Below, piece by piece: positions 1 to 10,459 of a stretch of 64,000 bases of DNA (position 1 is its first letter; the number at the start of each line of letters is the position of its first letter). Below the pieces are notes generated by a model. The model ran no database searches, was not told the origin of the DNA, and saw nothing but the letters and a program-made list of their open reading frames with translations. A program made the translations under genes and the position numbers. The DNA is from Myxococcota bacterium (GTDB lineage: Bacteria > Myxococcota_A > SURF-8), in the NCBI GenBank assembly GCA_963674735.2, contig CAXXQS010000001.1, positions 1,152,001-1,216,000 on the forward strand, given 5' to 3'.

Positions 1-1
1 C

Positions 2-424
2 GATGGTGATGATCCAGACGGCGACTCGCCTGTTGATGGCGATGAGCCGGTGAATTGCGATGGAGCCTGTGCGCCTATCGATACCCCGTTCTGTCTCGAT
101 ACCGGCCGGTTGTGCGAGTGTCGGCAGTTGGCATGGGGTGCGACCGACTGCAATCTATATTGTCTTGAACAGGGTATGGCGAATGCGGGGTGTTCATTCC
201 ATCCGGGCCTGCAAAAAGACGTCTGCCTCTGCCGTGAGCTTGATCCGGACCCGACGGACGGCGATACCCCGGACAATTCCGATGGGGACGATACGGACGA
301 TGAACCGAAAGGTTTCGGTGTCGACAGCGGAAGCGGTTGCCAGGGAAGCAACGGAGTTTCGGCGCTGGCGCTGATGATCCTGATGCTGTTTGTCGGGCTG
401 AAACGTCAACGCAGGAAGAATTAG
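2..424 (+). CDS. 3' part of a secreted Cys/Asp-rich surface protein with MYXO-CTERM-like C-terminal anchor (5' end outside window)
   Basis: Frame open from position 2 (DGDDPDGDSPVDGDEP...), Cys-rich module, DGD repeats, then SGSGC + hydrophobic helix + KRQRRKN stop. Confidence 0.75.
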   Translation, partial: DGDDPDGDSPVDGDEPVNCDGACAPIDTPFCLDTGRLCECRQLAWGATDCNLYCLEQGMANAGCSFHPGLQKDVCLCRELDPDPTDGDTPDNSDGDDTDDEPKGFGVDSGSGCQGSNGVSALALMILMLFVGLKRQRRKN

Positions 425-449
425 GTCCGCAAACAATCGATGTTATTTT

Positions 450-478
450 GCCCGCACTTGGTTTGCGGGCTTTTTTTT
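450..478 (+). terminator. Rho-independent terminator
   Basis: GCCCGCA-cttggtt-TGCGGGC hairpin followed by T8. Confidence 0.8.
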
Positions 479-501
479 CACGGGAAGAGCGGGGTGCGGG
501 C

Positions 502-1416
502 GTGGATTTCAGGAGGCGAGAAAAACAGCCGGTCGGAATCGCGCTGCTGGTTGCCGTATTGGCGGTCTCCTTTGCCGCCATTTTCTTTCGGAAATCGGCA
601 CCGACGCCTCCCATGGCGCAAGCGAGTGTGCGTTTGGCGGTTGCGGCTTGCGTGCTGTTACCCGCCACACTCAAAGCTTGGCGTGACGGTCGTTTGAACG
701 CTCCTGTCGTATGGTCCGCCGTCTTGGCTGGAATCTTGTATGGCTTGCATTTCGGTGCCTGGGTCACCTCCTTGTCCTATACCAGCGTCGCCGCTTCGGT
801 AACGCTGGTCACCACCACGCCCATCGTTTTAGGGGGAATGGCCTTGCTTACCGGCCGCGATCGCCCCGATGGACGGTTGTGGATGGCGATCGGCATGGGA
901 TTATGCGGCATGTTGCTGATCGGCTGGCATGACTGGAATTTGTCGAAAGTCGCTCTTTTCGGCGACGGCTTGGCTTTGCTCGGGATGTTGGCGGTGGCCG
1001 GTTACATGACCGTCGTTCGGCGACTGGGCGATGATTATCCCATCTGGGCCTTTTCAGGAATCGCAACAGCGGTGGGGGCCGTTTTATTATCGACCGCGAC
1101 CGTGGTCACAGGACAATCCGTGCTGCCTGTCTCGCTGGAATCGTTTTTCTACTTGGTTTTAGCCGCTTTGGTTCCGCAGTTGATCGGTCATACTTTGCTT
1201 ACCTGGTCTTTGCGTTATGCGACTCCGACTCTGGTGGCGATGGCGGTTGTTGGCGAGCCTGCGGGGTCCACCTTGCTTGCCTGGCTGTGGCTGGGGGAGG
1301 GGGTTGCACCTCGGGTTGCGATTGGCTGCGGTGTGACCTTGTTCGGGGTCGTCTGGGCGACATTGAATCGTGGTAGATTGACGAATAAGTTCGGTAGTAT
1401 CACGACTGACGGGTAG
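502..1416 (+). CDS. DMT/EamA family transporter
   Basis: About 10 hydrophobic segments, SVAASVTLV and GEPAGS motifs typical of EamA repeats; GTG 502 chosen because it lies after the terminator. Confidence 0.85.
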   Translation: MDFRRREKQPVGIALLVAVLAVSFAAIFFRKSAPTPPMAQASVRLAVAACVLLPATLKAWRDGRLNAPVVWSAVLAGILYGLHFGAWVTSLSYTSVAASVTLVTTTPIVLGGMALLTGRDRPDGRLWMAIGMGLCGMLLIGWHDWNLSKVALFGDGLALLGMLAVAGYMTVVRRLGDDYPIWAFSGIATAVGAVLLSTATVVTGQSVLPVSLESFFYLVLAALVPQLIGHTLLTWSLRYATPTLVAMAVVGEPAGSTLLAWLWLGEGVAPRVAIGCGVTLFGVVWATLNRGRLTNKFGSITTDG

Positions 1417-1506
1417 CGAACCTCTCTCTAAAAACCAACTAACATACCGATAATACAAAACAAATATAAATATTTGGTCTGTCTTGCAAAAAAAACGAGT
1501 TCGCGC

Positions 1507-1556
1507 TTGACAAACGTTCGTTTAATCGTATACTCGAAAAATATAAACGATCGTTT
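1507..1556 (+). promoter_or_regulatory. Sigma70 promoter overlapped by two TetR-type palindromic operators
   Basis: TTGACA-N16-TATACT (1507-1534); AAACGTTCGTTT (1512-1523) and AAACGATCGTTT (1545-1556). Confidence 0.7.
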
Positions 1557-1585
1557 TAATCGGTCGTATGATTGTGGAGGTCGCA

Positions 1586-3079
1586 ATGAGGAGCGGGAGA
1601 TTCGATAAAAGGCAAACGGTCAAAGGACTTCTCTATATCTTTTTCGTTGGTACATGCTGCTTATGTCCGGCCCTCGCTTGGGCGGGGTTGTTTGATGATG
1701 CGGTCAGCGGTGAGGCGGACGCGGGAGAATCGATTGACGACACGGACGGAAGCCAGCCGGCCGATACGGGTTTTCGTGCGAGCGCAGGTGGTTTCAACTT
1801 CGAACTCAACGGCTATGTACGCGGCGATCTTTACTTGGGAAAAGTACCGGACCAGAGCGACGGTGAGGTGAAGAGCGGCTACGGCGAAACCAGCCTGGAA
1901 CTGAGAGTCCGCAAAAATCCGTATGGAGATGCCTATAGCCAACTGCGTTTGTGGAGTGGATATCAGAGTGACCAACGGGAAGTCCGGGTCGATTTGCGCG
2001 AGGCTTACGTCAATCTCTACGTCGGTCCCTTCGATTTTCGTTTGGGTCATCAGATCATTGCCTGGGGGCGTGCCGATGGCATCAATCCCACCAACAACCT
2101 CACGCCTCGCGATATGCGGGTGAAATCGCCGAACGAAGACGATTCACGCCTGGCCAATCTCGCTTTGCGAAGCTTCGTCAATCTGCAGCCGTTTCGAATC
2201 GAGCTTGTTTGGTTGCCTCTCTACATGGAATCCACCTTACCGGCCTTGATTTTGCCTGACGCGGTTTCGATGCGCGACGCGGATTATCCCAACGCCGATC
2301 TTTCCAATGGGACTTTCGCAGGACGCTTGCACCTCGAACTCCCCGAAGTGGAGATGTCGGTATCGTACTTATTCGGCCATGCCCCGCAACCGGGATTGGA
2401 ATTTCGCGAGTTGCTCATCGACGATAACGGTCCGAGCGTGCAGGTCGGGTTTCGGGCGTATCAACAGCAGGTGATCGGTTATGACTTTGCGGCGCCGATC
2501 GAGGATTGGTTCGGTCTACGGGGTGAAATCGCCTATCGGCGGCCCTGGCAGAACTGGAACAACGATTACGTTCCCCAGCCGGATCTGCAGTACGTGGTCG
2601 GTTTCGATAAGGAATTCGTAACGGCCGATTCCGGTGACGTCTCGATTATTTTGCAGTACATCGGACGTTATGTCTTTGATTGGGAGAAAAAAGCGGGTAG
2701 CGAGATGCTGAGTTCGATGGAAGAACTGCCGCCGCCGGAAGTCTTGCTTGCGCTTCAGGATCAGGTGCAAGCCGAAGCGGCAAAGGAAATACAGGCGAGA
2801 AACCAGATGATCATGAGCCAGCAGTACGAGCTCCAGCACAGCGCCATGATGCGGCTGGCGTGGAATACTCTTCACGACACGTTGGACCTTGAGTTGATGG
2901 CGATGGTCAACATCACATCGCATGAAACGCTTTTACGCCCGAAAATCTCCTACGACATTACCGATGCCTTCGCTTTTACGGTGGGTGGGGAGATTTATCT
3001 GGGCAAAGACGAGACGCTCTACGGCATGATCGATGAACAACAGAGTGCGGGTTATACGGAATTGAAAATCTCCTTCTAG
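1586..3079 (+). CDS. Outer-membrane beta-barrel protein (DUF1302-like)
   Basis: Signal peptide, LREAYV..LG.QIIAWGRADG motif, C-terminal ELKISF, context with RND and LolA-like genes. Confidence 0.7.
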   Translation: MRSGRFDKRQTVKGLLYIFFVGTCCLCPALAWAGLFDDAVSGEADAGESIDDTDGSQPADTGFRASAGGFNFELNGYVRGDLYLGKVPDQSDGEVKSGYGETSLELRVRKNPYGDAYSQLRLWSGYQSDQREVRVDLREAYVNLYVGPFDFRLGHQIIAWGRADGINPTNNLTPRDMRVKSPNEDDSRLANLALRSFVNLQPFRIELVWLPLYMESTLPALILPDAVSMRDADYPNADLSNGTFAGRLHLELPEVEMSVSYLFGHAPQPGLEFRELLIDDNGPSVQVGFRAYQQQVIGYDFAAPIEDWFGLRGEIAYRRPWQNWNNDYVPQPDLQYVVGFDKEFVTADSGDVSIILQYIGRYVFDWEKKAGSEMLSSMEELPPPEVLLALQDQVQAEAAKEIQARNQMIMSQQYELQHSAMMRLAWNTLHDTLDLELMAMVNITSHETLLRPKISYDITDAFAFTVGGEIYLGKDETLYGMIDEQQSAGYTELKISF

Positions 3080-3103
3080 TCGATTGTTGAAACAGGAGTT
3101 GAT

Positions 3104-3757
3104 ATGTCGTCTCATACGGATGATCACAAATTGGAACCGCGTCAGCGCATCATCGAAGCGGCCACCCGCTTGTTTGCGCGAAAAGGCTATTCCGCAACCA
3201 GCATGAGAGAGTTGGCTCAGGAAGCGGACGTGAATTTGGCCATGATGAATTACTACTATGGGTCCAAACAAGGGATTCTGGAGTTCATTATGGAGCAATT
3301 TTTCAGCGGCTATACGAACATGGCCAAAGAAGCTTTCCATTCGGAAGGAGCGATCGAGGAAAAGCTCGAACGATTTGTCCATATGATTGTGATGTTTTTC
3401 AAAGAAAATCGGGATACGGTTCGGGTCGCCATGATGGAATTCCCGGTAGACATCCCCGAAATCGCCGAGTTCAAAGCGACGTTCATCCGACGCCTGATCG
3501 CCGAGATCGGGATGGTTGAAGTCCTCGTGGAAAACGGTGTAACCATCCGGCCGGACATCATCGGACCGGCCATCATTTCAAGCATCGGCTCTCATTTCCT
3601 GTTGCGACCCGTGATCGAACGGGTGTTCGAGCAGAACTATGACGATGACTTCTATGAGCAATACGCCAAGGATCTTTCGCGATTTATTATCAACGGTTTG
3701 CTTGGGAGAATGACGCTTTCTTCGGAAAAACGTACCGAGAATGAGGTGAAAAAATGA
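3104..3757 (+). CDS. TetR/AcrR family regulator
   Basis: RIIEAATRLFARKGYSATSMRELA..A.VN..MMNYYYGSK HTH. Confidence 0.95.
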   Translation: MSSHTDDHKLEPRQRIIEAATRLFARKGYSATSMRELAQEADVNLAMMNYYYGSKQGILEFIMEQFFSGYTNMAKEAFHSEGAIEEKLERFVHMIVMFFKENRDTVRVAMMEFPVDIPEIAEFKATFIRRLIAEIGMVEVLVENGVTIRPDIIGPAIISSIGSHFLLRPVIERVFEQNYDDDFYEQYAKDLSRFIINGLLGRMTLSSEKRTENEVKK

Positions 3758-6060
3758 GCGGTCGACTTTCGGAAATCGTAGTTCGTTATCCGTGGATGTT
3801 TATTCTGCTATTTGTTGGGATCAGCGTCTTTTTCGGCTTCCAACTGCCGAAGGCGGAAGTCGATCCGGATGTTAAAAACCAGCTCCCGGCGGATTATCCG
3901 GCGCGTCTCCATATCGATACTCTGGAAGACATGTTCGGAGGTTCCGAAATGGTGATGCTGGTCATCACCGCCGACGATGTCCTGGCCGCCGATACCTTGA
4001 AGCGGGTCAAGCAGATCAGCAAAAAGATCGATCGACTGAAGCTGGTAGACCGCACGCTGAGTTTGTTCGAGTTGAAGGATATTCGCGGGGAAGGCGGCGA
4101 AATGCTGGTGGATCCCGCGGTCAAGCGCATTCCGAAAACCGACCAGGCGCGGGAGAAGCTGCGAGCCCAGATCATGGATAATGACCTCGTTTATGGAAAC
4201 GTTGTCTCCACCGACTGGAAGGCGACGGCCGTAATCGGTCTTCTGAAAGACGGGACGTCGGACACCGAAGTCATCGGGCTGACGCGGCAAATCATTGCCG
4301 ACACGCCCGGGGCCGAGCCGGTTTACATTGCCGGTATGCCTTATGTGCGCGTCAACCTGAATAAGGATATCAAGGGCGACTTGCGAAAGTTCCTCCCTGT
4401 CGGTTTGCTGATTATGCTGATATTTCTGTTTCTCGCGTTTCGTCAATTGCGCGGTGTGCTGTTACCGTTTCTCATGACCATTATGGCGGTTGTTGTGGCG
4501 ATGGGGTTGATTCCCTTGTTCGGCTGGAAAATCCAAATGGTGACCGTCATCCTGCCGGTTATTCTGATTGCGGTCGCGAATGATTACGGAATTCACCTCA
4601 TTGCCCGCTATCAGGAGGAAAATGTCCCCGGAAACACGTTGACCAAGCAAGATTTGGCCAAGCGCGTCGTGGATGCGCTGGGAAAACCGGTTCTGGCGGC
4701 CGGAATCACCACGATTGTCGGTTTGATGTGTTTGCTCACGCATATCATCACCCCGGCTCAGGAACTGGGTATTCTATCCTCGTTGGGAGTGGCCTTTGCC
4801 CTGTCGGGCAGCATCATGTTCATCCCGGCGATCCTGGCCGTGTTGCCCAAGGCGAAGCCTCTGAAAAACATGTCTCATGCCGGCATCGAATCCGGCGGGA
4901 CCAAGGTTTCGTTGTTGGAGCGCTTTCTCAAGAAAACCTCCCGAGCCGTCGTGGCGCATCCCAAGAAGATCATTGTCGGAACGCTTGTGTCGGTGGCGTT
5001 GGTCTCGACCGGCATCTGGCAGGTCGTGATCGATACCAATCCGGTAAATTATTATCCGCTCGATTCGCCGGTGTCCAAGGCATCCTTGCTGGCGGATAAA
5101 TACTTCGGCGGTTCGACCACCTTGAATATCACCGCCAAGGGCGACATGAAGGATCCGGTTGTGCTGAAACAGATCGATGCGTTGGAGCAACATCTGTTGT
5201 CGTTACCCAATGTCGATCAAACCAGCAGCCTGCCGAAAGTCATTCGGCGCATGAACAAGGTGATGAACGATAACAATAAAGCCTTCGACACCATTCCCGA
5301 GCAGCGCCGTACCGTGGCGGAGTATCTGCTGCTTTATTCCATGAGCGGCGATCCGGACGATTTCGACCGCATGGTGGATTTCAATTACGAAAACGCCCAA
5401 CTTACGGCGCGGATCAACAAAATCAGCACTCAGGAAATCGCCCAGGTCGTTGCGGAAACCGAACGCTATATCCAGGAAAACGGCGGACCCTTCCAGTTGA
5501 TTACGGGGTTTGCGGCCTTCTTCTCGGACATGATCGATGAAATTGTCAAAGGCCAGATGATCAGCCTGTTGCTATCGATCGTTCTGATTGCGTTGACGGT
5601 GATGATCCTCTTCCGTTCGGTCGTCGCCGGTTTGATGGCGTCGATCCCGCTAGGCTTGGCCATGCCGCTTTTGTTCGGCATCATGGGATACTTCCACGTC
5701 GAGTTGAATATCGCGACCGCGATGCTGTCCTCCATCATGATCGGGGTCGGCGTGGACTACACCATTCACTATCTCTGGCGCTATCGCGATGAACGTCGCG
5801 CCGGGCAGGAACCGGTAGCGGCCGTGACAACCACCCTGATGACCACCGGACGCGGCATTATCTTCAATGCCTTATCCGTTGTCATCGGATTCGCCGTGCT
5901 CATGGCGTCGAGCTTTCTTCCGATCCGTTTTTTCGGTATCCTGGTTGTCATCTCCGTCGGGGCTTGTCTGTTCGGTGCACTGGTTCTGCTTCCGGCGATC
6001 TGCCTGGTTTTTCGTCCGAAATACCTGGAACCTCTTGAAAACGTCGTTGAAAAAGGCTGA
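3754..6060 (+). CDS. MMPL/RND family lipid transporter
   Basis: Two-repeat RND topology with NDYGIH and GVDYTIH motifs. Confidence 0.9.
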   Translation: MSGRLSEIVVRYPWMFILLFVGISVFFGFQLPKAEVDPDVKNQLPADYPARLHIDTLEDMFGGSEMVMLVITADDVLAADTLKRVKQISKKIDRLKLVDRTLSLFELKDIRGEGGEMLVDPAVKRIPKTDQAREKLRAQIMDNDLVYGNVVSTDWKATAVIGLLKDGTSDTEVIGLTRQIIADTPGAEPVYIAGMPYVRVNLNKDIKGDLRKFLPVGLLIMLIFLFLAFRQLRGVLLPFLMTIMAVVVAMGLIPLFGWKIQMVTVILPVILIAVANDYGIHLIARYQEENVPGNTLTKQDLAKRVVDALGKPVLAAGITTIVGLMCLLTHIITPAQELGILSSLGVAFALSGSIMFIPAILAVLPKAKPLKNMSHAGIESGGTKVSLLERFLKKTSRAVVAHPKKIIVGTLVSVALVSTGIWQVVIDTNPVNYYPLDSPVSKASLLADKYFGGSTTLNITAKGDMKDPVVLKQIDALEQHLLSLPNVDQTSSLPKVIRRMNKVMNDNNKAFDTIPEQRRTVAEYLLLYSMSGDPDDFDRMVDFNYENAQLTARINKISTQEIAQVVAETERYIQENGGPFQLITGFAAFFSDMIDEIVKGQMISLLLSIVLIALTVMILFRSVVAGLMASIPLGLAMPLLFGIMGYFHVELNIATAMLSSIMIGVGVDYTIHYLWRYRDERRAGQEPVAAVTTTLMTTGRGIIFNALSVVIGFAVLMASSFLPIRFFGILVVISVGACLFGALVLLPAICLVFRPKYLEPLENVVEKG

Positions 6061-6098
6061 AAGAATAGGGGATATTGGTATCCCGAAAGGAGGCGACT

Positions 6099-6944
6099 AT
6101 GTGGAAGATATACGTGAAATATGTTGTGGCTTTTGCCGTATTGGGAGTGGTGGCCTGGTATTGGCCGGTCTGTGCGCAGGCTCAGGCCACTAAAGCGACC
6201 CCGGTTGTGGACAAAGAACTTAGTGCCGATCAGATTATCGATAAAGCTCAGGAAAACCGTAAATTGGACGGCGCGGAGAGCCTCCAGACGCTCACGATTT
6301 ACAACGAGAAAGGCGATAAGCGGGTTCGGCGTATGGCGGGCGTTTCAAAACTTTATGACAACGGCGATACCGAAAAACGCCTGATGCGCTTTACCCATCC
6401 GGCCGATGTGAAGGGAACCGGTCTTTTAACCTACGATTACGAGAAGAAAGATGACGATATCTGGCTGTTTTTACCGTCGTTGCGCAAGACGCGCCGTATC
6501 GTGTCGAGCGAAAAGTCCAAAAGCTTCATGGGATCGGAATTCAGTTATGCCGACATGACGCCTCCGCCGGTTGAGGATTTCGTTCACAAAAAGCAGAAAG
6601 TGGAAACCGTTGACGGTGTGGTTTGTTGGGTTGTGGAGTCGACGGCGAGAAGTGAGGATATCGCCGAAGAAAACGGCTATCTCAAGCGTGTGAGTTGGAT
6701 CGGACAGGCTGATTTCGTCGTTCGAAAAGCGGTCTACAACGATTTGGATGGTGAATTGCTGAAAGTCTTGACGACGAAAAACATCAAAGAAATCGATACC
6801 AAACGGCATCGTTTCCGGCCGCTTTACATGGAAATGAACAACAAACAAAACGGGCGAAAATCGGTATTCGAAACCAATCAGATCGAAATCCAGGAAGGGG
6901 TGAAAGACGATTATTTCACTACCCGTTATCTGGAACGACAGTAG
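6099..6944 (+). CDS. Outer-membrane lipoprotein-sorting (LolA-like) protein
   Basis: F..PADVKGTGLL, DD.WLFLPSLRKTRRI, SFMGSEFSYAD motifs; AGGAGG RBS. Confidence 0.9.
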   Translation: MWKIYVKYVVAFAVLGVVAWYWPVCAQAQATKATPVVDKELSADQIIDKAQENRKLDGAESLQTLTIYNEKGDKRVRRMAGVSKLYDNGDTEKRLMRFTHPADVKGTGLLTYDYEKKDDDIWLFLPSLRKTRRIVSSEKSKSFMGSEFSYADMTPPPVEDFVHKKQKVETVDGVVCWVVESTARSEDIAEENGYLKRVSWIGQADFVVRKAVYNDLDGELLKVLTTKNIKEIDTKRHRFRPLYMEMNNKQNGRKSVFETNQIEIQEGVKDDYFTTRYLERQ

Positions 6945-6956
6945 CCACGATCTTCT

Positions 6957-6993
6957 AACCCGGCGAAATCCTTGCGGGGTTTCGTCGGGTTTT
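6957..6993 (+). terminator. Probable Rho-independent terminator
   Basis: AACCCGGCGAAATCC-ttgcg-GGGTTTCGTCGGGTT hairpin with T run. Confidence 0.6.
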
Positions 6994-7169
6994 GCATCCC
7001 AACGAATCCTGCTGCAAAGTCGAAATACTTCCTGAAAATTCCCTCCTATTTCCCTTTCAACACGGTTTTAAGTTGTCGATAAATGCCTAAAAAGCCTGTG
7101 AATACAGGTGGATATCGCGAGGACGGCTAGGGTGGACATAATCATTCGTTTGCCTGTTTCATTTTAATA

Positions 7170-7224
7170 TTGACAGCCGGGAAACGGTACCGTAAGATCT
7201 GAAAACTAACTGGGCGGTCGGTTA
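7170..7224 (+). promoter_or_regulatory. Sigma70 promoter and putative operator of the GRE operon
   Basis: TTGACA-N17-TAAGAT (7170-7198); imperfect palindrome TAACTGGGCGGTCGGTTA (7207-7224) just before the tetR start. Confidence 0.6.
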
Positions 7225-7228
7225 AATT

Positions 7229-7843
7229 GTGAGCGAGGTTCAGGTGACAGCCAAAGAAAAAATTATCGAAGCGGCGGACCATCTTTTCGGAAAATTGGGT
7301 TTCGATGCGGCTTCGACACGCGAAATAGCGGAGATGTCGGGTGTTAACAAAGCCCTGATCCATTACCATTTCAAAAACAAGGATGGGTTGCTGGAAGCCC
7401 TGCTGGATCGATATTATCAGAAGCTCGCGATGCTGATCGAGACGAGTTTCCTGGATGAGGGTGACCTGAAAAAGCGACTGCTGCACATGGTCGACATCTA
7501 CATGGATTTTCTCGAGCAGAATCGAAATTTCGGTCGAATCGTCCAGCGCGAGGCCGCCGGTGGGCAACACATGGACCGCATCGAGAAAAATATGGTGCCT
7601 CTTTTCGAGTTGGGAAGCCGCGTTTTGAAAGACTCTTTTCCGGCGGCGCAAAAAGGTGAACTCGCCGCCGAACAGATGATGCTCAGTGCCTACGGCGCCA
7701 TCATCATTCATTTCATCTATGGCGATATGTTGGGACGGCTGGTCAAAAGCGATCCCCGTTCCCCCAAAGTCTTTAAAGCCAGGAAAAAACACATTCATCG
7801 CTTGATAGGAATCATGCTCGATTCGATGGATGCCGAACCCTGA
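7229..7843 (+). CDS. TetR/AcrR family regulator
   Basis: KIIEAADHLF...GFDAASTREIA..SGVNKALIHYHFKNK HTH. Confidence 0.95.
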   Translation: MSEVQVTAKEKIIEAADHLFGKLGFDAASTREIAEMSGVNKALIHYHFKNKDGLLEALLDRYYQKLAMLIETSFLDEGDLKKRLLHMVDIYMDFLEQNRNFGRIVQREAAGGQHMDRIEKNMVPLFELGSRVLKDSFPAAQKGELAAEQMMLSAYGAIIIHFIYGDMLGRLVKSDPRSPKVFKARKKHIHRLIGIMLDSMDAEP

Positions 7844-7861
7844 AAACAAGCGAGGTGAGTC

Positions 7862-10459
7862 ATGGTATCACACGCCAATTCGCAGACTGTGGTCTCGGAA
7901 GCAAGCCGGATTCGGAATATCCGGCACCGTTGCCAGAGCGGCGATGCCATGATTTCCATCGAGCGCGCCCGTTACTACACGGAAAGCTGGGAAGCGACGG
8001 CCGGGCAGGGGCTGTCGAATGCAATGCGAGTCGCCATGGCGATGAAGCACGTTTATGCAAACATGACGCTCTACCTGGACCCGGATGATCGCATCGCAGG
8101 CAATTGGACCGAATATTTCCTCGGCATTCCGATCGATATCGAGCGGGGTGTGTTCAATCAGGTGTTGAAATCGGAAATCAAGAAGAGTTCGATGATCCGC
8201 TTTCGCCTGAAATCCATGGGCAAGGGCTTGATTTACATGTTGAGAAAGGGCGCATTACCGCGCTTTCTGAAGAACCAGCGAATCGTCAAGGCGGCGGGAA
8301 CGCAACCGCTCAACATGGATTTTAAAACCATGGGCGAACGCGAGATCAATCCGTATCAAATCGAGAAAGCCGATCGGGATGAACTGCTGACCCGTATTTT
8401 GCCGAAATGGGAGGGACGGACGCTGGTCGATCAACTCGAACGGGAGATGCATGAATCCGGACTTTATTCCAAGGATATGCACGACTTTGCGGTTGCGTTA
8501 CCCGGCAATACCTCGCGCCAGGTCATGATGCTTTCCACCTGCGCTACCATCGCCACTTATCAGGGCCATGTCATTCTGGACTTCGACCGGGTGCTTGAAG
8601 TGGGCCTGACAGGCATGCTGCAGGAGCTGCGTTCCAGGCGAAAAGACGCTACGTTGAGCGAGAGTCAGAAAGATTTTCTGGATTCCCAGCTTGTGTGCCT
8701 CGAAGGTGTGAGCTTGTTCTGCAAACGTCTGGCCGAGCGCATCGAGACCGAAATCGAACACGAATCCGACGACGGCAGGCGGCGCGAGTTGGAAACCATG
8801 TGTTCGATCTGCCGCAAGGTCCCCATGGAACCGGCGGGCTGTTTTCGCGAAGCCGTTCAATCACTGTGGAGCATCAAAACGGCGGTGGAGCTGGCGCATC
8901 CCGTCAACCTGCATTGCTTCGGGCGTCTCGATCAAAGTCTGTACCCTTACTATGCCAAAGACTTGGAGGTCGGAGCGATCACCGAGGATCAGGCCTTGTG
9001 GTTGCTCGAAGAACTGCTACTCAAGATTATGTCGCAGAACATTCGCCCCGAGTCGAACATCTTAGGTAACTTCTATCATCGATTTTTAGGTTCTTCTCCG
9101 GTCACCATCGGGGGAACCGCCTTGGATGGCACGGATCAAACCAACGAATTGACCTACCTGTTTGCACGGGCGGCCCATGAATCGCGGGCTATTACCAATG
9201 TCTCGGTGCGAGTCGGAAAGAACACACCACCCCAGCTTTTGACAACCCTCGCCGAATATCTGAAGAACGGAACCTCCAGTTTCTCGCTGTTTAACGACGA
9301 AATAAATATCGAAGCGATGCGCAAGCGTGGGTTCTCGGAAGAGGATGCCTGTAACTACGCCATCATGGGTTGTGTCGAAGCGACCTGCCCCGGTAAGACG
9401 GGAAGCATGAGCGCCAACGCCTTACAGTTGAACCGCTTGCTCGACATCACTCTGCGCAATGGCGATTCCGCCATTCTGGCGGGTCTGATTCGAAACGAAG
9501 GCTTGAAAACGGGTGTCGCCGACGACTTCGCCACCTTCGAGCAATTCCTCGCTGCCCTTTATCGGCAGGCGGACCACTTTATCAAGAAAATCGTCGACGG
9601 GTCGAACCTGCGTGACCGGGTCTTTGCCGAACATCTGCCCGCTCCCTACATCTCAGCTTTTATCGACGGCTGCCTGGACTCCGGAAAGGATGTCACGCAG
9701 GGTGGGGCGGTTTACGATCTGGCCGGGATTTCGATGATCAACTCCATCGCCAATTTCGTCGATTCCCTCTACACCATTCAAAACCTGGTTTTCGAGCGGA
9801 AAAAGATCACGCTTAGCCAATTGGTGAACGCACTCGACGAAAATTTTGTCGGCTACGAAGACATCCACGCGGACATCCTGAAGCTTTCCGGGAAATGGGG
9901 TAACGGCGATCCCAAGGTGGACAAACTGGCCTCGGAGGTCATGAAACAGTTGTTCTCCTATACCTACCGGCACCGCACCAGTCGCAACGGCCCCTTCACC
10001 GTCTACGTTATCAGCATGATCACTCACACGATCGATGGGCGACTGTCCATTGCCAGCCTGGATGGCCGCAAGGCCGCCGTACCTTACGCTGCCAGTTGCA
10101 ACCCCTACAATGTCGAACGAGGGGGTGTCACCGCGGCGTTACGATCCGTGGCGTCATTGCCCTTTGAAGACGTGATGGGGTGTGCGGTGAATATGAAGTT
10201 TCATCCAAGCGCCATCGGAGAGAAGCCCGAGACGCGCGACAAGTGGGCCGCGTTGATTCGCACTTATTTCGCGTTGGGCGGCTCACAGATGCAACCGTCC
10301 TGTGTTTCGACGGAAACGCTCAAGGCGGCGCAACAGTCACCGGACCAGTACCGCGATCTGATCATCAAGGTCGGGGGGTATAGCACTTATTTTGTGGATT
10401 TGGGATGCGAGATTCAGCAGGAAATCATCGAGCGTACCGAACATGCCGGTGCGGCATGA
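7862..10459 (+). CDS. Glycyl radical enzyme (PFL-like superfamily, eliminase-type Cys loop), substrate unknown
   Basis: ISIERARYYTES N-terminus, GRLDQ.LYPYY, Cys loop MGCVE, Gly loop IIKVGGYS, C-terminal EIIERT. Confidence 0.92.
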   Translation: MVSHANSQTVVSEASRIRNIRHRCQSGDAMISIERARYYTESWEATAGQGLSNAMRVAMAMKHVYANMTLYLDPDDRIAGNWTEYFLGIPIDIERGVFNQVLKSEIKKSSMIRFRLKSMGKGLIYMLRKGALPRFLKNQRIVKAAGTQPLNMDFKTMGEREINPYQIEKADRDELLTRILPKWEGRTLVDQLEREMHESGLYSKDMHDFAVALPGNTSRQVMMLSTCATIATYQGHVILDFDRVLEVGLTGMLQELRSRRKDATLSESQKDFLDSQLVCLEGVSLFCKRLAERIETEIEHESDDGRRRELETMCSICRKVPMEPAGCFREAVQSLWSIKTAVELAHPVNLHCFGRLDQSLYPYYAKDLEVGAITEDQALWLLEELLLKIMSQNIRPESNILGNFYHRFLGSSPVTIGGTALDGTDQTNELTYLFARAAHESRAITNVSVRVGKNTPPQLLTTLAEYLKNGTSSFSLFNDEINIEAMRKRGFSEEDACNYAIMGCVEATCPGKTGSMSANALQLNRLLDITLRNGDSAILAGLIRNEGLKTGVADDFATFEQFLAALYRQADHFIKKIVDGSNLRDRVFAEHLPAPYISAFIDGCLDSGKDVTQGGAVYDLAGISMINSIANFVDSLYTIQNLVFERKKITLSQLVNALDENFVGYEDIHADILKLSGKWGNGDPKVDKLASEVMKQLFSYTYRHRTSRNGPFTVYVISMITHTIDGRLSIASLDGRKAAVPYAASCNPYNVERGGVTAALRSVASLPFEDVMGCAVNMKFHPSAIGEKPETRDKWAALIRTYFALGGSQMQPSCVSTETLKAAQQSPDQYRDLIIKVGGYSTYFVDLGCEIQQEIIERTEHAGAA

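Noticed and set aside
7862-10459. Calling the GRE pyruvate formate-lyase, CutC or benzylsuccinate synthase
   Set aside because: Single-Cys GCVE loop rather than CC; no BMC genes or small bss subunits; class-specific residues not confirmable by eye
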